Below, piece by piece: positions 12,838 to 23,922 of a stretch of 57,695 nt of DNA. Location of the stretch: assembly GCA_012862495.1 (NCBI GenBank), contig BLSG01000095.1, forward strand, positions 27,086 through 84,780, in the 5' to 3' direction. Under the pieces are notes generated by a model. That model saw nothing but the letters and a program-made list of their open reading frames with translations. It did no database searches and was not told where the DNA came from. The first letter of the stretch is position 1. Each line of letters opens with the position of its first letter. The position numbers and the translations under genes are program-made. The DNA comes from Thraustochytrium aureum (taxonomy: Eukaryota).

Positions 12838-13224
12838 GCCACCACCGATCGCCCAGGCACGCCACAGCGCAAAGCCNNNNNNNNNNNNNNNNNNNNNNNN
12901 NNNNNNNNNNNNNNNNNNNNNNNNNNNNNNNNNNNNNNNNNNNNNNNNNNNNNNNNNNNNNNNNNNNNNNNNNNNNNNNNNNNNNNNNNNNNNNNNNNNN
13001 NNNNNNNNNNNNNNNNNNNNNNNNNNNNNNNNNNNNNNNNNNNNNNNNNNNNNNNNNNNNNNNNNNNNNNNNNNNNNNNNNNNNNNNNNNNNNNNNNNNN
13101 NNNNNNNNNNNNNNNNNNNNNNNNNNNNNNNNNNNNNNTTTTATTTAAAAAAAAGAAGAATCTATGTACATGGGAAACTTGGCTTGCTCGAGCCGTCGGG
13201 CTTTGGCCGAAGCGCGTTGCTTGG

Positions 13225-13713
13225 CTAGTCCATGAGCATCGCCTTCATCTGGCGCTCGGCCAGGAAGGCTTGGTGTTTGCTTTCCGCGTGCTTGTGCTTC
13301 TCCTCTTGGCGTTTGCGCCTCTCCAGCATTTGCACCTCCTCCAGCTCGCGCTGCTGTTCTTGGTTTACGCGGACGGCCTCGCTGTGGTCCATGGAGCACA
13401 GCGTCGCGACCTTTCCGGCCATCAACTCCTCTCGGCGGCGTTGGGCTTGGTGCAGGCGCAGGCGCAGGCCGCGGGTTTCTTCGTCCAACTCTTGCTCCTT
13501 GGCCTCGTTGAGCTCATTGTGGCGCTCGGCGACTTGCTCGCTGTGGTCGCCGGCGATGTCTGACAAGCGCCTGTTGGTCTGCTCTTGCTTGCGCTGCTCT
13601 GCGAGCGCGAGTTGCCTTTGCAGCTCGTCAATGTGCAGCGCTGCTTCGGCTTGCTCGCGGTCCTCCATGGCAGCCTTGCGCGCCTCCACAGCTTGGGCAT
13701 GGTCTGTGGCCAT
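13225..13713 (-). CDS. Hypothetical coiled-coil protein (E/Q/R-rich); 5' end uncertain
   Basis: 162-aa ORF with heptad-like composition and GC-ending codons; an in-frame stop lies just upstream, so further exons or frameshifts are possible. Confidence 0.5.
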   Translation of the reverse strand: MATDHAQAVEARKAAMEDREQAEAALHIDELQRQLALAEQRKQEQTNRRLSDIAGDHSEQVAERHNELNEAKEQELDEETRGLRLRLHQAQRRREELMAGKVATLCSMDHSEAVRVNQEQQRELEEVQMLERRKRQEEKHKHAESKHQAFLAERQMKAMLMD

Positions 13714-14872
13714 CTTGTTCGACAAGCAGGAAGGAAGCGACCTCGCTTGTGCTTTCTATGCCGCCAAACACGCGCTGTCTGCTCGCTTCGAATCGGGGTC
13801 TGGATGCCAACCCGAGCGATCGAGCAGTGCTCAAGACGTATTCACACCTTCTTCCGATTGAATTTGCGCGAGAAGCAGGCCTGTGCCGAAAGCAGATCCT
13901 CTCCGCCGAACGCAGCGTTCCTCCTGTGTGCTTGCAAGCCGCATCATGCGATGCATCATCGGCGCGCCGGCCGGCCAGCCAGCAGGCCAGCCAGCCCCGA
14001 AGACAGCCAGACGACCGTGAGGAACAGGCGGCCGGCCGTTGGGAATGCGCACCTGCATGCCGCAAAGGGTTCCTCGGTGCTTGTGCGTCCCACCCCACCG
14101 AGGGTGTACCGCCGCGCGCCGCACTCTGCCAGATCCCCTTGGAAAAGGAGAAGGAGATCCTTCAGCCTGAGGACCTGAACTGACGAGACGCCCGTCATCC
14201 CTGCCCACGCCGCGTGGGTACTTCGCCGGGATGGGTACTCGTACTCGTACTTCATTGCCACAGCATTGGTCTCCTGGTACTACTCGTAACCATCCACTCG
14301 GGCCACACCAAAAACAGAATCCTCCAAGCGGGGCACCTACCTACAACGCCAAGGCAGCATCCAGCAGCAGCCCGCGCGCCGTCCCGCAGCAGGCAGGAGG
14401 CAGGCCTGCAGCGGGCAGAATTCCCTTCAACCACATCCGTCCATCCATCTCCCCATCCAGACACCCACACTCTACTCACGTGCCCATCATCCTTCCAGGA
14501 CCCCCAGAGCGCAGGCCATCGATCGCCTCGCAGGGCAGCGTCTGGCGTGTGCCGAGTTGGACGTCGCCGGGACGGACGGGGGTCGAGCAGAATCCAGTCG
14601 GTCATCAGACTCGTAACCCACCTCGCGGCGCCGAGTTGAGGGGCTGCAGGGCGAGCCGCCACTGACGCAAGGCGCGGGCGGCGGCCACATCCTCTGCTCG
14701 TGCCAACCCCTCGTGCGCGCCTCCTCGCTCGCTGCCCTCACCGCCTGTTGTCTTGCCTGACCTGGGTGGGCGGAGCGCAGGCGGGGAAACCGGGACAGAC
14801 AGCGCGGCCAGCCAGGTGAGGGACGCGGGCCGCGCAGCGACACGAGGAGCGGGCCGAGGAGGGCAGGCAGGG

Positions 14873-15937
14873 ATGTCGGGGTTTTTCGACTTTTGCTGCG
14901 GAGGGTCTGATTCCAGGTCGAATCAACGCGGCAGCGCGGACAACAAAGCCTTTAACGAGTATGCGAGCGGACAGGCCGCCGACGACGGGTCGCCCATGCT
15001 TGTTGACGAAGACTCGCGAGCCGCGCCGCAAAACGCGTTTGAAGAGGACCTTTCTCTGCTGGAGGAAACCATAATGGAGAACAACGCGATGCGGTCGCGG
15101 TATGAAAGGATTCTGGCGGAGGAAGAGGCAAACATCCTTCGCCGCCAAGCCGACGAAGAACGAGCGCGAATGGAGCAGTTGGCGCAGGAAGAAGCGCTCG
15201 TTCGCGAAAGGGAGGTGGCAATCGCCAACCAGAAACGCGAGCTGGAATGGGAAGAACGCCAGTTTGAGGCCACCGAGCTCTCCGCAGCGCTTCCGGAAAT
15301 ACGCGGGCACGAAGCGCATCTGCCCAGTCCAATCGGCGGCGAGGGCCTTTTGGAACAGCTGACGCTGGAGAGTGACGACGAGAGTAAAATAGGCGAGCAG
15401 GGCGGCCAGCAGCTTGCAGCGTCGGGGTTTTTACAAGCAGGCGTGGCGAGCTTTTACCGCAAAGAGTACACGCTGGCCAAGAAGCAGCTCAAGCTTTGCA
15501 TCCGCGCCGCCACGGTCGAGCAGGACGAGGTGCTCCAGGCACGGTCGTGCGGAAACCTGGCAAACGTATACGAGGCCCTCGGGCGCTCTGCCAAGGCGCT
15601 GCTGTTGTACCGGTACTCGATCGAACTCCTCCGCAAGAACGGCGACACCACGCGCGAGAGGTTTGTAATCTCGAACGCGCTGTTTTCTTTCGTAAGGCTT
15701 AAACAGTATCGCGAGGCGATTGAGATGGCGGGGCGGCAGATCGAGATTTTGAGGGCACAGGAGCACAGTAGCCCCGCCGACTTGGAGATCTCGCAGAGCC
15801 TTGAAGACACTCGGCATGTCGTGGAAGTGCTGGAGAGTGCCATCAAGCACGGTCACGAGGTTGTACTGGACTCCGACCCAGGGAACCGGGTACTTTTTGC
15901 CGTGCAGGACGCCAACCAGAGCGTTTACAGTAACTGA
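14873..15937 (+). CDS. Coiled-coil plus TPR-repeat protein with an N-terminal Cys-Cys (possible palmitoylation)
   Basis: MSGFFDFCCGG start; E/R-rich coil; TPR-like ARSCGNLANVYEALGRSAKALLLYRYSIEL and LKQYREAIEM. Confidence 0.75.
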   Translation: MSGFFDFCCGGSDSRSNQRGSADNKAFNEYASGQAADDGSPMLVDEDSRAAPQNAFEEDLSLLEETIMENNAMRSRYERILAEEEANILRRQADEERARMEQLAQEEALVREREVAIANQKRELEWEERQFEATELSAALPEIRGHEAHLPSPIGGEGLLEQLTLESDDESKIGEQGGQQLAASGFLQAGVASFYRKEYTLAKKQLKLCIRAATVEQDEVLQARSCGNLANVYEALGRSAKALLLYRYSIELLRKNGDTTRERFVISNALFSFVRLKQYREAIEMAGRQIEILRAQEHSSPADLEISQSLEDTRHVVEVLESAIKHGHEVVLDSDPGNRVLFAVQDANQSVYSN

Positions 15938-16011
15938 ACATTCGACAAGCGTGAGTTTTGTTTTCTGATCCACAGCCGGCCGCGGTTCAGCGAGGCAGCA
16001 CCCCTGCAGGG

Positions 16012-18608
16012 CTAAGCGTCTTCCATGACGCGCATTTCCACGACCACGTCTCCAGATTCTTGAGGCGCCTGGCGCCGAAAATAGGGCTGCTGCTGCTGCT
16101 GTTGCTGCTGCTGTTGCTGTTGCTGCTGCTGCTGCTGCTGCTGCTGAAACGGCTGGGCCTGGCGGCTATTTGGCGGAAGCTCGACAAGCCCGCCCTGAAA
16201 CTGCGCGCCGTCGCTGGGCACGTGCAAAGCGGCCTGGCCGTCCTTGAAGGCCTCGAGCCAGAAAAAGTAGTTCTCCGCATTTGGGTACTTGAACGTCTCG
16301 AGGGGCTGGACCACAGCGTCTGGCACGCCAAAGTACTCGTGGTCTGCGTGCGACGAGGCCTGCGAGCCCGTTCCGGCAGCGCGGCGGGCATCTTGGCTCT
16401 TCTCTAGGTAGGAAGCGGCTGTGAAGGAGGCAGTCATGGCCTGGAACGCGCCCCCGCTCGCATGCGGGTTGGCGCCAGCGGAACGCGCAAGCGAGCTCTC
16501 GACAGCCTGGCGCTGGAACGTGCTGAGGCGGTTGACGAGGGTCTCCCCGTGCAGAGCGGCCTGGGCGTCCGCCCAGTCCGGGTAGTTGAGCTTGAAGCTG
16601 AGCCACGACTTTTCCAGCTTGCCGCCCCGCAGAGCGCGCGCTTTCCGCTCCCTAGCGGGGGCGGCGCGCCCGCGCGCGAGCGCTGCGGCGTCGATGGCCC
16701 CATACGCGGCGTCGCCGTCCGCGGCAAGGTCAAGCTTGGAGTAGACGCAGACGTCGCCAAGGCCGGCGACGTGGTCAGTTCGCGCCTGCACAAAGTCGAC
16801 GATGGCCTGCGCGTACTGCGGGAGGACCGCGATGAGCACGTACGGGGTCGTCACGATGCAGAGCATCTCGCGCAAAAGCAGCACAACCTTGTACGGCAGG
16901 TAGTCGCTGAACTCGTCGCGGACGTCAAAGGTGTGGGTCGCGCCGCGCCAGGTGTCCGGCAGGTAGTGCGTGAATGCCACGACGCGGCGCATCGCCTTGT
17001 CTGGCGCAAACACTGTCTGCTCGAGCGGCGGGACGAGGCTTCGCGAGATGGCCAAAACGCCCGAGAACACGGCGATGTACCACACCAGGTTGCGGTCGTC
17101 CAACTTGATATGTAGCAGGATTGACTCGTCCAGGAGCGTGAGCAGCATGAGCACGCCAACAAAGGCGCCCGTCACGAACGAGACCCCGCCGGCCACCACG
17201 GTCGGCACCGGCGAAGGGAACTGGCGCAGGTACTCGTCGGCGTGCTTTACTGCCGCCACCGCGCGCCGCTCAAAGACATGCGGGACCTCGTTGAACTCCC
17301 TGAACTCCCACAACGCAAACGAGCTCCACCATCGCGGCCCAAGGTAGTTGCGCTTGCTGTGCCACTCTTCGGCGTACTTTAAGAACGAGTAGATGATCAT
17401 AAACCCGATCGAGAACGGCAGCAGGGCAAGGTTGAGCGCCCCGAAAAGCACGAACCTCCGCCGCAGGGCTGCGGGCTGCTGGACAAAGTCGCGCCGCAAG
17501 CGGAACTGCGCGTCAAACATGTGCTCGAGCACGCACAGCTCCAGCACAAGCTCTAGGTTGCGCCCCAAAAACCAGTGGCGCCCCATCAGAGCAGTGCCAA
17601 ACGGCAGGACCTCCTCGTTGATCATCGCGATCACGTAGTTTTGCTTGCGCATGATGCGCATGGCCACGTCCTTGGCGTCAAAGCTGCTTCCGTTGATCTG
17701 GATTGGGCACTCGCCGTGCTCTTGCACAGCGACAAGGCGGGACACGACCTGGTGCCACTCCATCGTCTGTAGCTCGCGGGTCGAGATGCCGAGCCGCCTC
17801 GTGAAAAACCGCCGCATCTCCCAGGCCTTCTTCACGTTTTGCACCAAAAGGGCCACGGTCCAGGCCCAGTACGCGGTGAACAGCAGCCAGTACAACACTA
17901 CGAACGCGCGAAACGCCAGCGATGGGTGGCTTCCGAGGCTTACCACGTAGCTGCCAAAGTCTTTGCAGCTCGCTTCGTCTTCGCACGTCATCAGCTCTGC
18001 CCAGTCCACAAAGCCAAACAGAAACGTTGAAAACGCTATTGTAAACCCGAGGGTCACCACGTTGACTGCGCCGCGCGCCACGATGCAAGCGAACCCTTTC
18101 TCGTTGTAGTACTGATAGACTTGCGAGAAAAACTCGTCCAAATTGTCCGGACCAATCCAGTCGTCGTCGTCTTCGTCGCCCGTTTCGACCTCTCCCCAGC
18201 TTTGCGTCCCGCCGCCTCCGAGGGCCCTGTAGCTCCCGATGGCGCCGCTTGCGTCAGCCCCGCCGCCGCGTATTTTTGGCTTGGCGCCCGCGCCACNNNN
18301 NNNNNNNNNNNNNNNNNNNNNNNNNNNNNNNNNNNNNNNNNNNNNNNNNNNNNNNNNNNNNNNNNNNNNNNNNNNNNNNNNNNNNNNNNNNNNNNNNNNN
18401 NNNNNNNNNNNNNNNNNNNNNNNNNNNNNNNNNNNNNNNNNNNNNNNNNNNNNNNNNNNNNNNNNNNNNNNNNNNTCGTCCCTTCGGGGGGTTCTCTTGG
18501 CCCGTTCTCCATGTCAACTTCCATGGGCTCCACGCTCGCCATGCCCACATACTCTACCGTGCTCCCGGGCTCTTCGGCGTCGAGCGGCGCATCGAGCGGC
18601 ACGATCAT
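16012..18608 (-). CDS. ATG9: Autophagy-related protein 9 (lipid scramblase); spans an N-gap at 18297-18475
   Basis: NLDEFFSQVYQYYNEKGFACI, RIMRKQNYVIAMIN, WEFREFNEVPHVFERR, FTHYLP, TTPYVL and GLGDVCVYS are hallmark ATG9 motifs. Start 18608 is inferred across the gap. Confidence 0.95.
16087..16146 (-). repeat. CAG/CAA repeat encoding about 20 Gln in the ATG9 C-terminal tail
   Basis: (ctg/ttg)x20 on the plus strand, in frame in ATG9. Confidence 0.95.
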
Positions 18609-19007
18609 CGGCCAGGAGCGCGCTTCCGCCACGGCGTCCAGCGACGCCCAGGTGCGTGGCGCCCTCGCCGGGGCGGGCGGCCAGCCGCCTCCGCGTCAAG
18701 CGCGCGCGTCGAGCGTGCCAATCAGGGAGCGCCGGAGAGCGGGTCCACCAGCAGGCAGCACGCGCGCTTGCCCGAGCAGGCGAGGGCGCAGGACGCGGGC
18801 CCGTTTTTTTCAGATGGACAATGGACAAAACAAAAAGGAAAGCGCCGCGCTCGCCGGGCCAGAGGCCGCAAGCAGCCAGAGCAGCGACCCGCGCGAAGCT
18901 ACTCGCCCACCTGCCCGCGTGTACGTGCCTCCGCCGCGCCTCGCGTTCCTTGCTTCGTTTGAAGGGGGCTCTGCGCGTTCCCGCGCCCGTGGCGAAATTT
19001 CCGGCCA

Positions 19008-19097
19008 GCAATACGCAGTACGCAATACGCAGTACGCAATACGCATCTACGTTGATTGAATGAGTACTCACGCAATACGCAATACGCAATACGCAAT
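19008..19097. repeat. Two heptamer arrays (gcaatac/gcagtac) separated by the 10-bp palindrome TGAGTACTCA
   Basis: Five alternating units at 19008-19042, palindrome at 19061-19070, cgcaata x3-4 at 19071-19097. Confidence 0.9.
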
Positions 19098-19527
19098 TTC
19101 ATTAGGTACGCATTTGTACAACAATTCTGTGTTCTCGCAGTACACAGTTCGTGCGCGTGAGTAAGGGTCCTTGTGAGACGCAGCCGGCGCATGACGGGTT
19201 GGACGATAGTGACGTCAGCGCATACCTTTTACGATCATCATGACGCCGTATCCTGCGCTCGTCGGCCGCGATAGCGTCACTTGGTCGTTTTCGTTACGTA
19301 ATATCAGCTCTCTCTGCGTGATATTGGGTGGGCTGGTGACGGGGGCGCGCTGGCGCTCGTTTCTCGCCTTGCGCGATGGCGAACAATCGCGCGAGCGGTC
19401 GATCTTGACGAGGCAGATCCACAACGACGACGAGCTCGCTGCATCTTGATTGAGCGCCGAGGACGAGCAGGTTTTGCAGCAGCAGGTTTGCAGCAGCAGC
19501 AGCAGCAGCAACAGCAGCGGGACGAAG

Positions 19528-20118
19528 ATGTTTTCCAGGTTTGCCAAGGCCGCTTTGACGGTCGGCGTCTTCCTTGCGACTGTGTCGCAAGGCGCGGTTG
19601 AGGAGCTGCAGATGGACAAGCACCGCTTCGCCAGCCTCGTGGGCGCGCCCGATGTGCGAGCGTGCTGGAAGCACGTGGACTTTCGCGGCGTTGGACACCT
19701 GAACAAGACCTGCGCCGATGACGAAGAGTCGAGCATGGGGCTGTGCTACAAGAAGTGCTCGAACAGCAACGCGGAGGGCGTCGGGTAAGTCGGCGGCGGC
19801 GCCACAGGCGGGAGGCGAGGCGGCTCTGCCGGAGAGGCTTGCTTGCTAGTACAGGGATCGATGCATCTCGCGCTGACTTGCGGCGCGCTCAGTCCGCTTT
19901 GCGTGGACTCGTGCCCTGCGGCGTACGGCGTGAGCGCCGGCCTGCTGTGCTGCGAGGACAAGCAGGCCTGCACTACCGAACTGATCGACATGGGCATCAA
20001 GATCCCGTACGACGTCATAAAGGCGGTCATTGACGGCGCCAACCCGGTTGCAGTCGTGAAGGACATGGTCAAGTTGCTCCACGACCTGACCGGCGCCGTT
20101 TTCAAGGAGTGCAAGTGA
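19528..20118 (+). CDS. Small secreted cysteine-rich protein (~160 aa); exons 19528-19784 and 19893-20118
   Basis: Signal-peptide-like MFSRFAKAALTVGVFLATVSQG. Intron GTAAGT...GCTGAC...CTCAG (19785-19892) joins GVG-PLC, giving CWK...RGVG...C...GLCYKKC...GVGPLCVDSCP...GLLCC. Confidence 0.8.
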
Positions 20119-20150
20119 GCGCCTTCTCATGCGATCGCGTGCCGAGTGCC

Positions 20151-20190
20151 TGAGACGAGGCGCTGGAGTGAGACGAGGCGCTGGAGTGAG
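20151..20190. repeat. 18-bp tandem repeat (tgagacgaggcgctggag, x2.2)
   Basis: Read directly, 3' of the stop at 20118. Confidence 0.85.
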
Positions 20191-20298
20191 GCGCCGCCCG
20201 CAGCGGCGGCTAGTTACCATACAAATCGAATCGCCGTGCACCTGGCTCTCAGCTTGCTCCTGGCACCTTGGCCTTGGAAGAGTCTTTCTAACTACGAA

Positions 20299-20373
20299 CC
20301 TTGCGCAGCGCGCCCTTGCGCAGCGCGCCCTCGCGCAGCACGCCCTCGCGCAGCACGCCCTCGCGCAGCACGC
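20299..20373. repeat. 15-bp minisatellite (cctygcgcagcrcgc, x5)
   Basis: Two copies of ccttgcgcagcgcgc followed by three of cctcgcgcagcacgc, with no spacers. Confidence 0.95.
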
Positions 20374-20628
20374 CCTGCGACCTCCGTTCGCCGCCTCGCG
20401 CGGCATGTGCGAACGCGCCCCGCGTCGCTTCACGAGTACCAGTCGGTACAGAAAGGTAAGCCTTGAGAAAGCGCAGCACGTTGTGGGACGCGCCAGAAGC
20501 AGACTCGGCACACGCAAGACGCCGCGGCCCGCCGTCGCAGGCAGCGGCTCGGCGGCCTCTAGAGGCATCGCGTATTGCCTCGCTGGCGCGCTGCAGAGGC
20601 CGTCGCGGGAAGGCGCGAGGCAGCGGTG

Positions 20629-23600
20629 ATGGCGCACCTTCCAACTCTGAACGGCGACGACGGAATGGACACGTTCGCCTTCGTTGAGGCGTACAACGAG
20701 TCGACTGGGCTCGGCTCGACCAAACTGCTGCGCCGGAAGAGCTGTACGGCGTGGACGACTTTGGCAGCGTCGCGGCGCAGCTGAAAGCCTCGCTGAGCGA
20801 CGTGTTGTACGGCAAGGTCGAGGGGGACGACGAGGTAGTTGCCGACCCTGACGTCCTCAAGGCGCTTCGGGTCGGCCAACTGGCAGCGCAATATCTTGTG
20901 CACTGCCAAGACGCTCTCGGGGAACGGTGCGAGGACGTGCGGCAAAATGTCGACGCCGGAATAGCCGAGCTGCGCAAGAAGCACGACCAGTACCTGGCGC
21001 GAAAAAAGACCAAACGCCGTCTCCGAAAAGAGCTCGACGAGGTGGACGACCTAATCGCGCGCTACGACGCGACCTTGAAGATCCTGCGGCCTGACCTTGC
21101 GCGGCTCGTGCGCCAGCAGCCAGACGGTAGCGTGCGCGTCGAACTCGGTGACGAGCGACGCACGGCGAGCGACCCGGCCACAAACCCTGGCGTCCCNNNN
21201 NNNNNNNNNNNNNNNNNNNNNTTTGGAAACTCGGGGAATGCGGCAAGAGCAGGTTCCGCCATGGCTCGCAGACGCAGACGTTGTGCTCGACCTTGGCCCC
21301 GAGGAGGCCGAGCGGCTTTCAGACGATTGGCAAGCCTTTGCACACTGGCAGCGTCGCATGAAGGCATGGCGTAGGCAGGCGCAAGACGCGCGTAGCACCG
21401 CAGAACGGCTTGCTCTTGTGGAGCGCCAGCTGGCCGAGCTCGAACAAGCGCAGCCGTTGCGTCGGCCAGTGCAAACTAGCGTCGCAGCAACCTCGCCAAT
21501 TCCACAAATGCAAAACCCCGGCACCAACCGTGGCAGGGCAAGACACGGGCAACTGGCCCCGCGGGACGGATGCGCTGCAAGAGGAGCGAAAGGCTGCCGA
21601 CAGCTCTGTCGCGTTCCGCCCGCGGGAGGATTCTGTAGCAACGCTCGAGAGTACCGAGCTGGAAGACTCGCTGGACGAGGCAGCGGACCCCGCCTCTGAG
21701 GAGGGGAGTGACCAAGCGGCGGAGGAGAAGGCGTTGTGTCGCCCTCGCCCCAGTCGCCGCAACGAGGCTCCCCTCTGGGCCCCGCCCAAGCGCTTTCGCG
21801 ACGCTCGGCGAGCCCTGGATCATCGGAGCCGGAACCGCACTCTCCAACAATTGGCGACCTATCTCCACGATCTGCGACAGGCCCGTCAGGAGAAGCAGAT
21901 CTAGCAGAACACGTCGAGCTGCCGCTCCAGCATGAGTCGCCGCCCGGCACACTTTTGTCGAGCGACGTGCACGCTGGTCCTGGGCCAGGAAGCCGCTTTG
22001 CGGAGGTTGAGGTGGACTCGCTGGCAGGCTCGCTCGGCGCAGAACAAGCCGCTGCAATCGCTGCAAGCGCAGTCCATGAGGCAAGGCGGCCTCTCGCTGC
22101 TGGTGCGCGCCCTGACGGCGAAAAGTCGCGACGGAGTGCAGCTCCTGGCGGCAAGGTTGGCGGCGACCGAGAACCGCTTGAGCGAACCCTCGCGCAACAA
22201 CGCACATCACCACTAGGCGACGACAATGACGGCACATTTCTCGAGGACTCGCTTGACGAGACGAGAGGCACAGGCATCGACGATGCGCTGAGCGGTGGCG
22301 AATCAGAGGACCCTGGGTCTGAGACCGAGGCGCCCGACTTGCTCGACGCCACTGGTGCCACAACTGCGGACGATGACACGCCGCCAGACGAGATGCAAGA
22401 TCTTAGCGCGAGGCATAGTGCGGCTGACCGCGCCAACATGGCGGCGCGCGAAGATGGGCGCGGGGAAAGGTTGCGCAGGCCTCAGCGGGTCCCAGAACCG
22501 GCTCAGAGAGCTCAGACAGTCAGGAAGAAAAGATGCAAGGGGACTACAGCGCGCCTCTAGGGTTCGAAAATGACTACAACAGCGATGGAGCGGTGTCGAG
22601 CCAAGAAGACGCGAGCTCGGCTGGGTTTCTCGAAAGCAAGCGACGCGACAGAGAGAGCAAATCGGAGCGAGCCGACCTCGGGCTGGACGGCGCGGACGAC
22701 AACGACCAAGGTCAGGCGAGCGACGCGGGCGAATTTTGGGTCCGCAGCTGTTGAAGACGCGAGTGCGGATGCTTCTGAGGCGGAAAGCCAGCCCGACGCG
22801 ACGCCGCGTATCCGCGCGGGAGCGAAGCGCCGCGGCAAATCTGACCTCGAGTCGGGCCGCTCCACGTCCGGGTCCACCGAAACCAGCCCTGAGCCTGAGC
22901 GCCGCGCTTTGGTTGCTCGCCACCCTGAAAGACACGTAGCTGGGCCCCGCTCGCCGTCCAACTCGCCGCCAGCCGACAGCGAGACAGACCAAGGAGAAGA
23001 AAAGAGTGGCTTTGGCGACGGCACCACAAGGGACGACGACGATGCAAGCGAGGGTGACGATGCAAGCGAGGGCGACGATGCAAGCGAGGGTGACGAGCAA
23101 GGGTCGCTTCCCGATAGCCTGCACGACTCGCTCGAGACGCCAGAGCAAAGGCCGCGAACCGGCGCGAAGCACGGGGCGAGATCCTCGGTTCGATGGAACC
23201 TCGAACACCCCGGGACCGCGGCTGACGCGACAATCCTGTCATCCGAGTCCGAGGGAGGCGAGGAGGGGAGCGGCGATGACGCCGCCGAGTCGCTCGGCGA
23301 GTCTCCCGCCGCCGAGTCGCGCAAGAGAGCCGCCGCCGCCGCCGCGACGCCTGGCACGCCCGGCGAGCCGACAATCATGGCTTCCGAGTCCGATGGAGAG
23401 TCTCTGATCGACGGAGACGTCGACAAGGAAGACCGGCAAGACTGGGACGCCGAGGAGGAGGAAGAGCACGACAGCGCGATGGCCCAAGGCGCAGAGGCGA
23501 GCGATGTCCCGCGCACGTACAAGGCCGAGCCGAACTGGGACATGAACGCCTTCATGGAGATGTACTCTGAAGCGGCGCAGGCTGCTCTACAGACTCCGAA

Positions 23601-23922
23601 CGAAACTCATGGCGGGGCTGAGGCTTTCAGTCCTGGCGGGATGTCCCCTGTCGCCCCGCGCAGGGGCGCAGGCGAGGACCGCCGCCAGGAACGAGGCCCG
23701 GAAGTTGTCCAGCTCGCCCTGAGCCCCACTACAACCCTCGGGGCCTCGTCGCTACTGGAGGCGATTGGAGACGAGCAAGACGAGCAAGATGCGAGCCTCG
23801 ACATGACCATCAGCGCGAGTGGCAGCCACCACAGCGAGTCGGCGCAGTTGAGCGAGGTGGAGGCCGCGCCCCAATTCCACGGCGGTGGCCTTCAAGCGAA
23901 GGGGAGCGCTGGGGCCGAGACA
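20629..23922 (+). CDS. DZIP1/Iguana-like protein: Dzip-like N-terminal domain plus a long acidic disordered tail; several 1-nt frameshifts; 3' end in a gap
   Basis: Repairing a shift at ~20695 gives FAFVEAYKRVDWARLDQ...LSDVLYGKV...DPDVLKALRVGQLAAQYLVHCQDAL, resembling DZIP1/DZIP1L FxF...DWRRL...DPxLLKxxRLAQLxIEYLLHCQ. The D/E/S-rich tail hops frames at ~21512, ~21735, ~22456 and ~22734. Confidence 0.65.
23038..23091 (+). repeat. 18-bp coding repeat (DDASEG x3)
   Basis: gacgatgcaagcgagggy x3. Confidence 0.9.

Noticed and set aside
13830..14330. Possible small spliced minus-strand gene (MKYEYEY... with a GTGCGC...ACAG intron) or upstream exons of the 13225 ORF
   Set aside because: No recognisable homology or consistent frame; cannot be supported.
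20299..20373. Regular 15-bp repeats (also the 25-bp repeat at 40007 and 18-bp repeat at 20151) as a CRISPR array
   Set aside because: Head-to-tail with no unique spacers, no cas genes, and a eukaryotic context.
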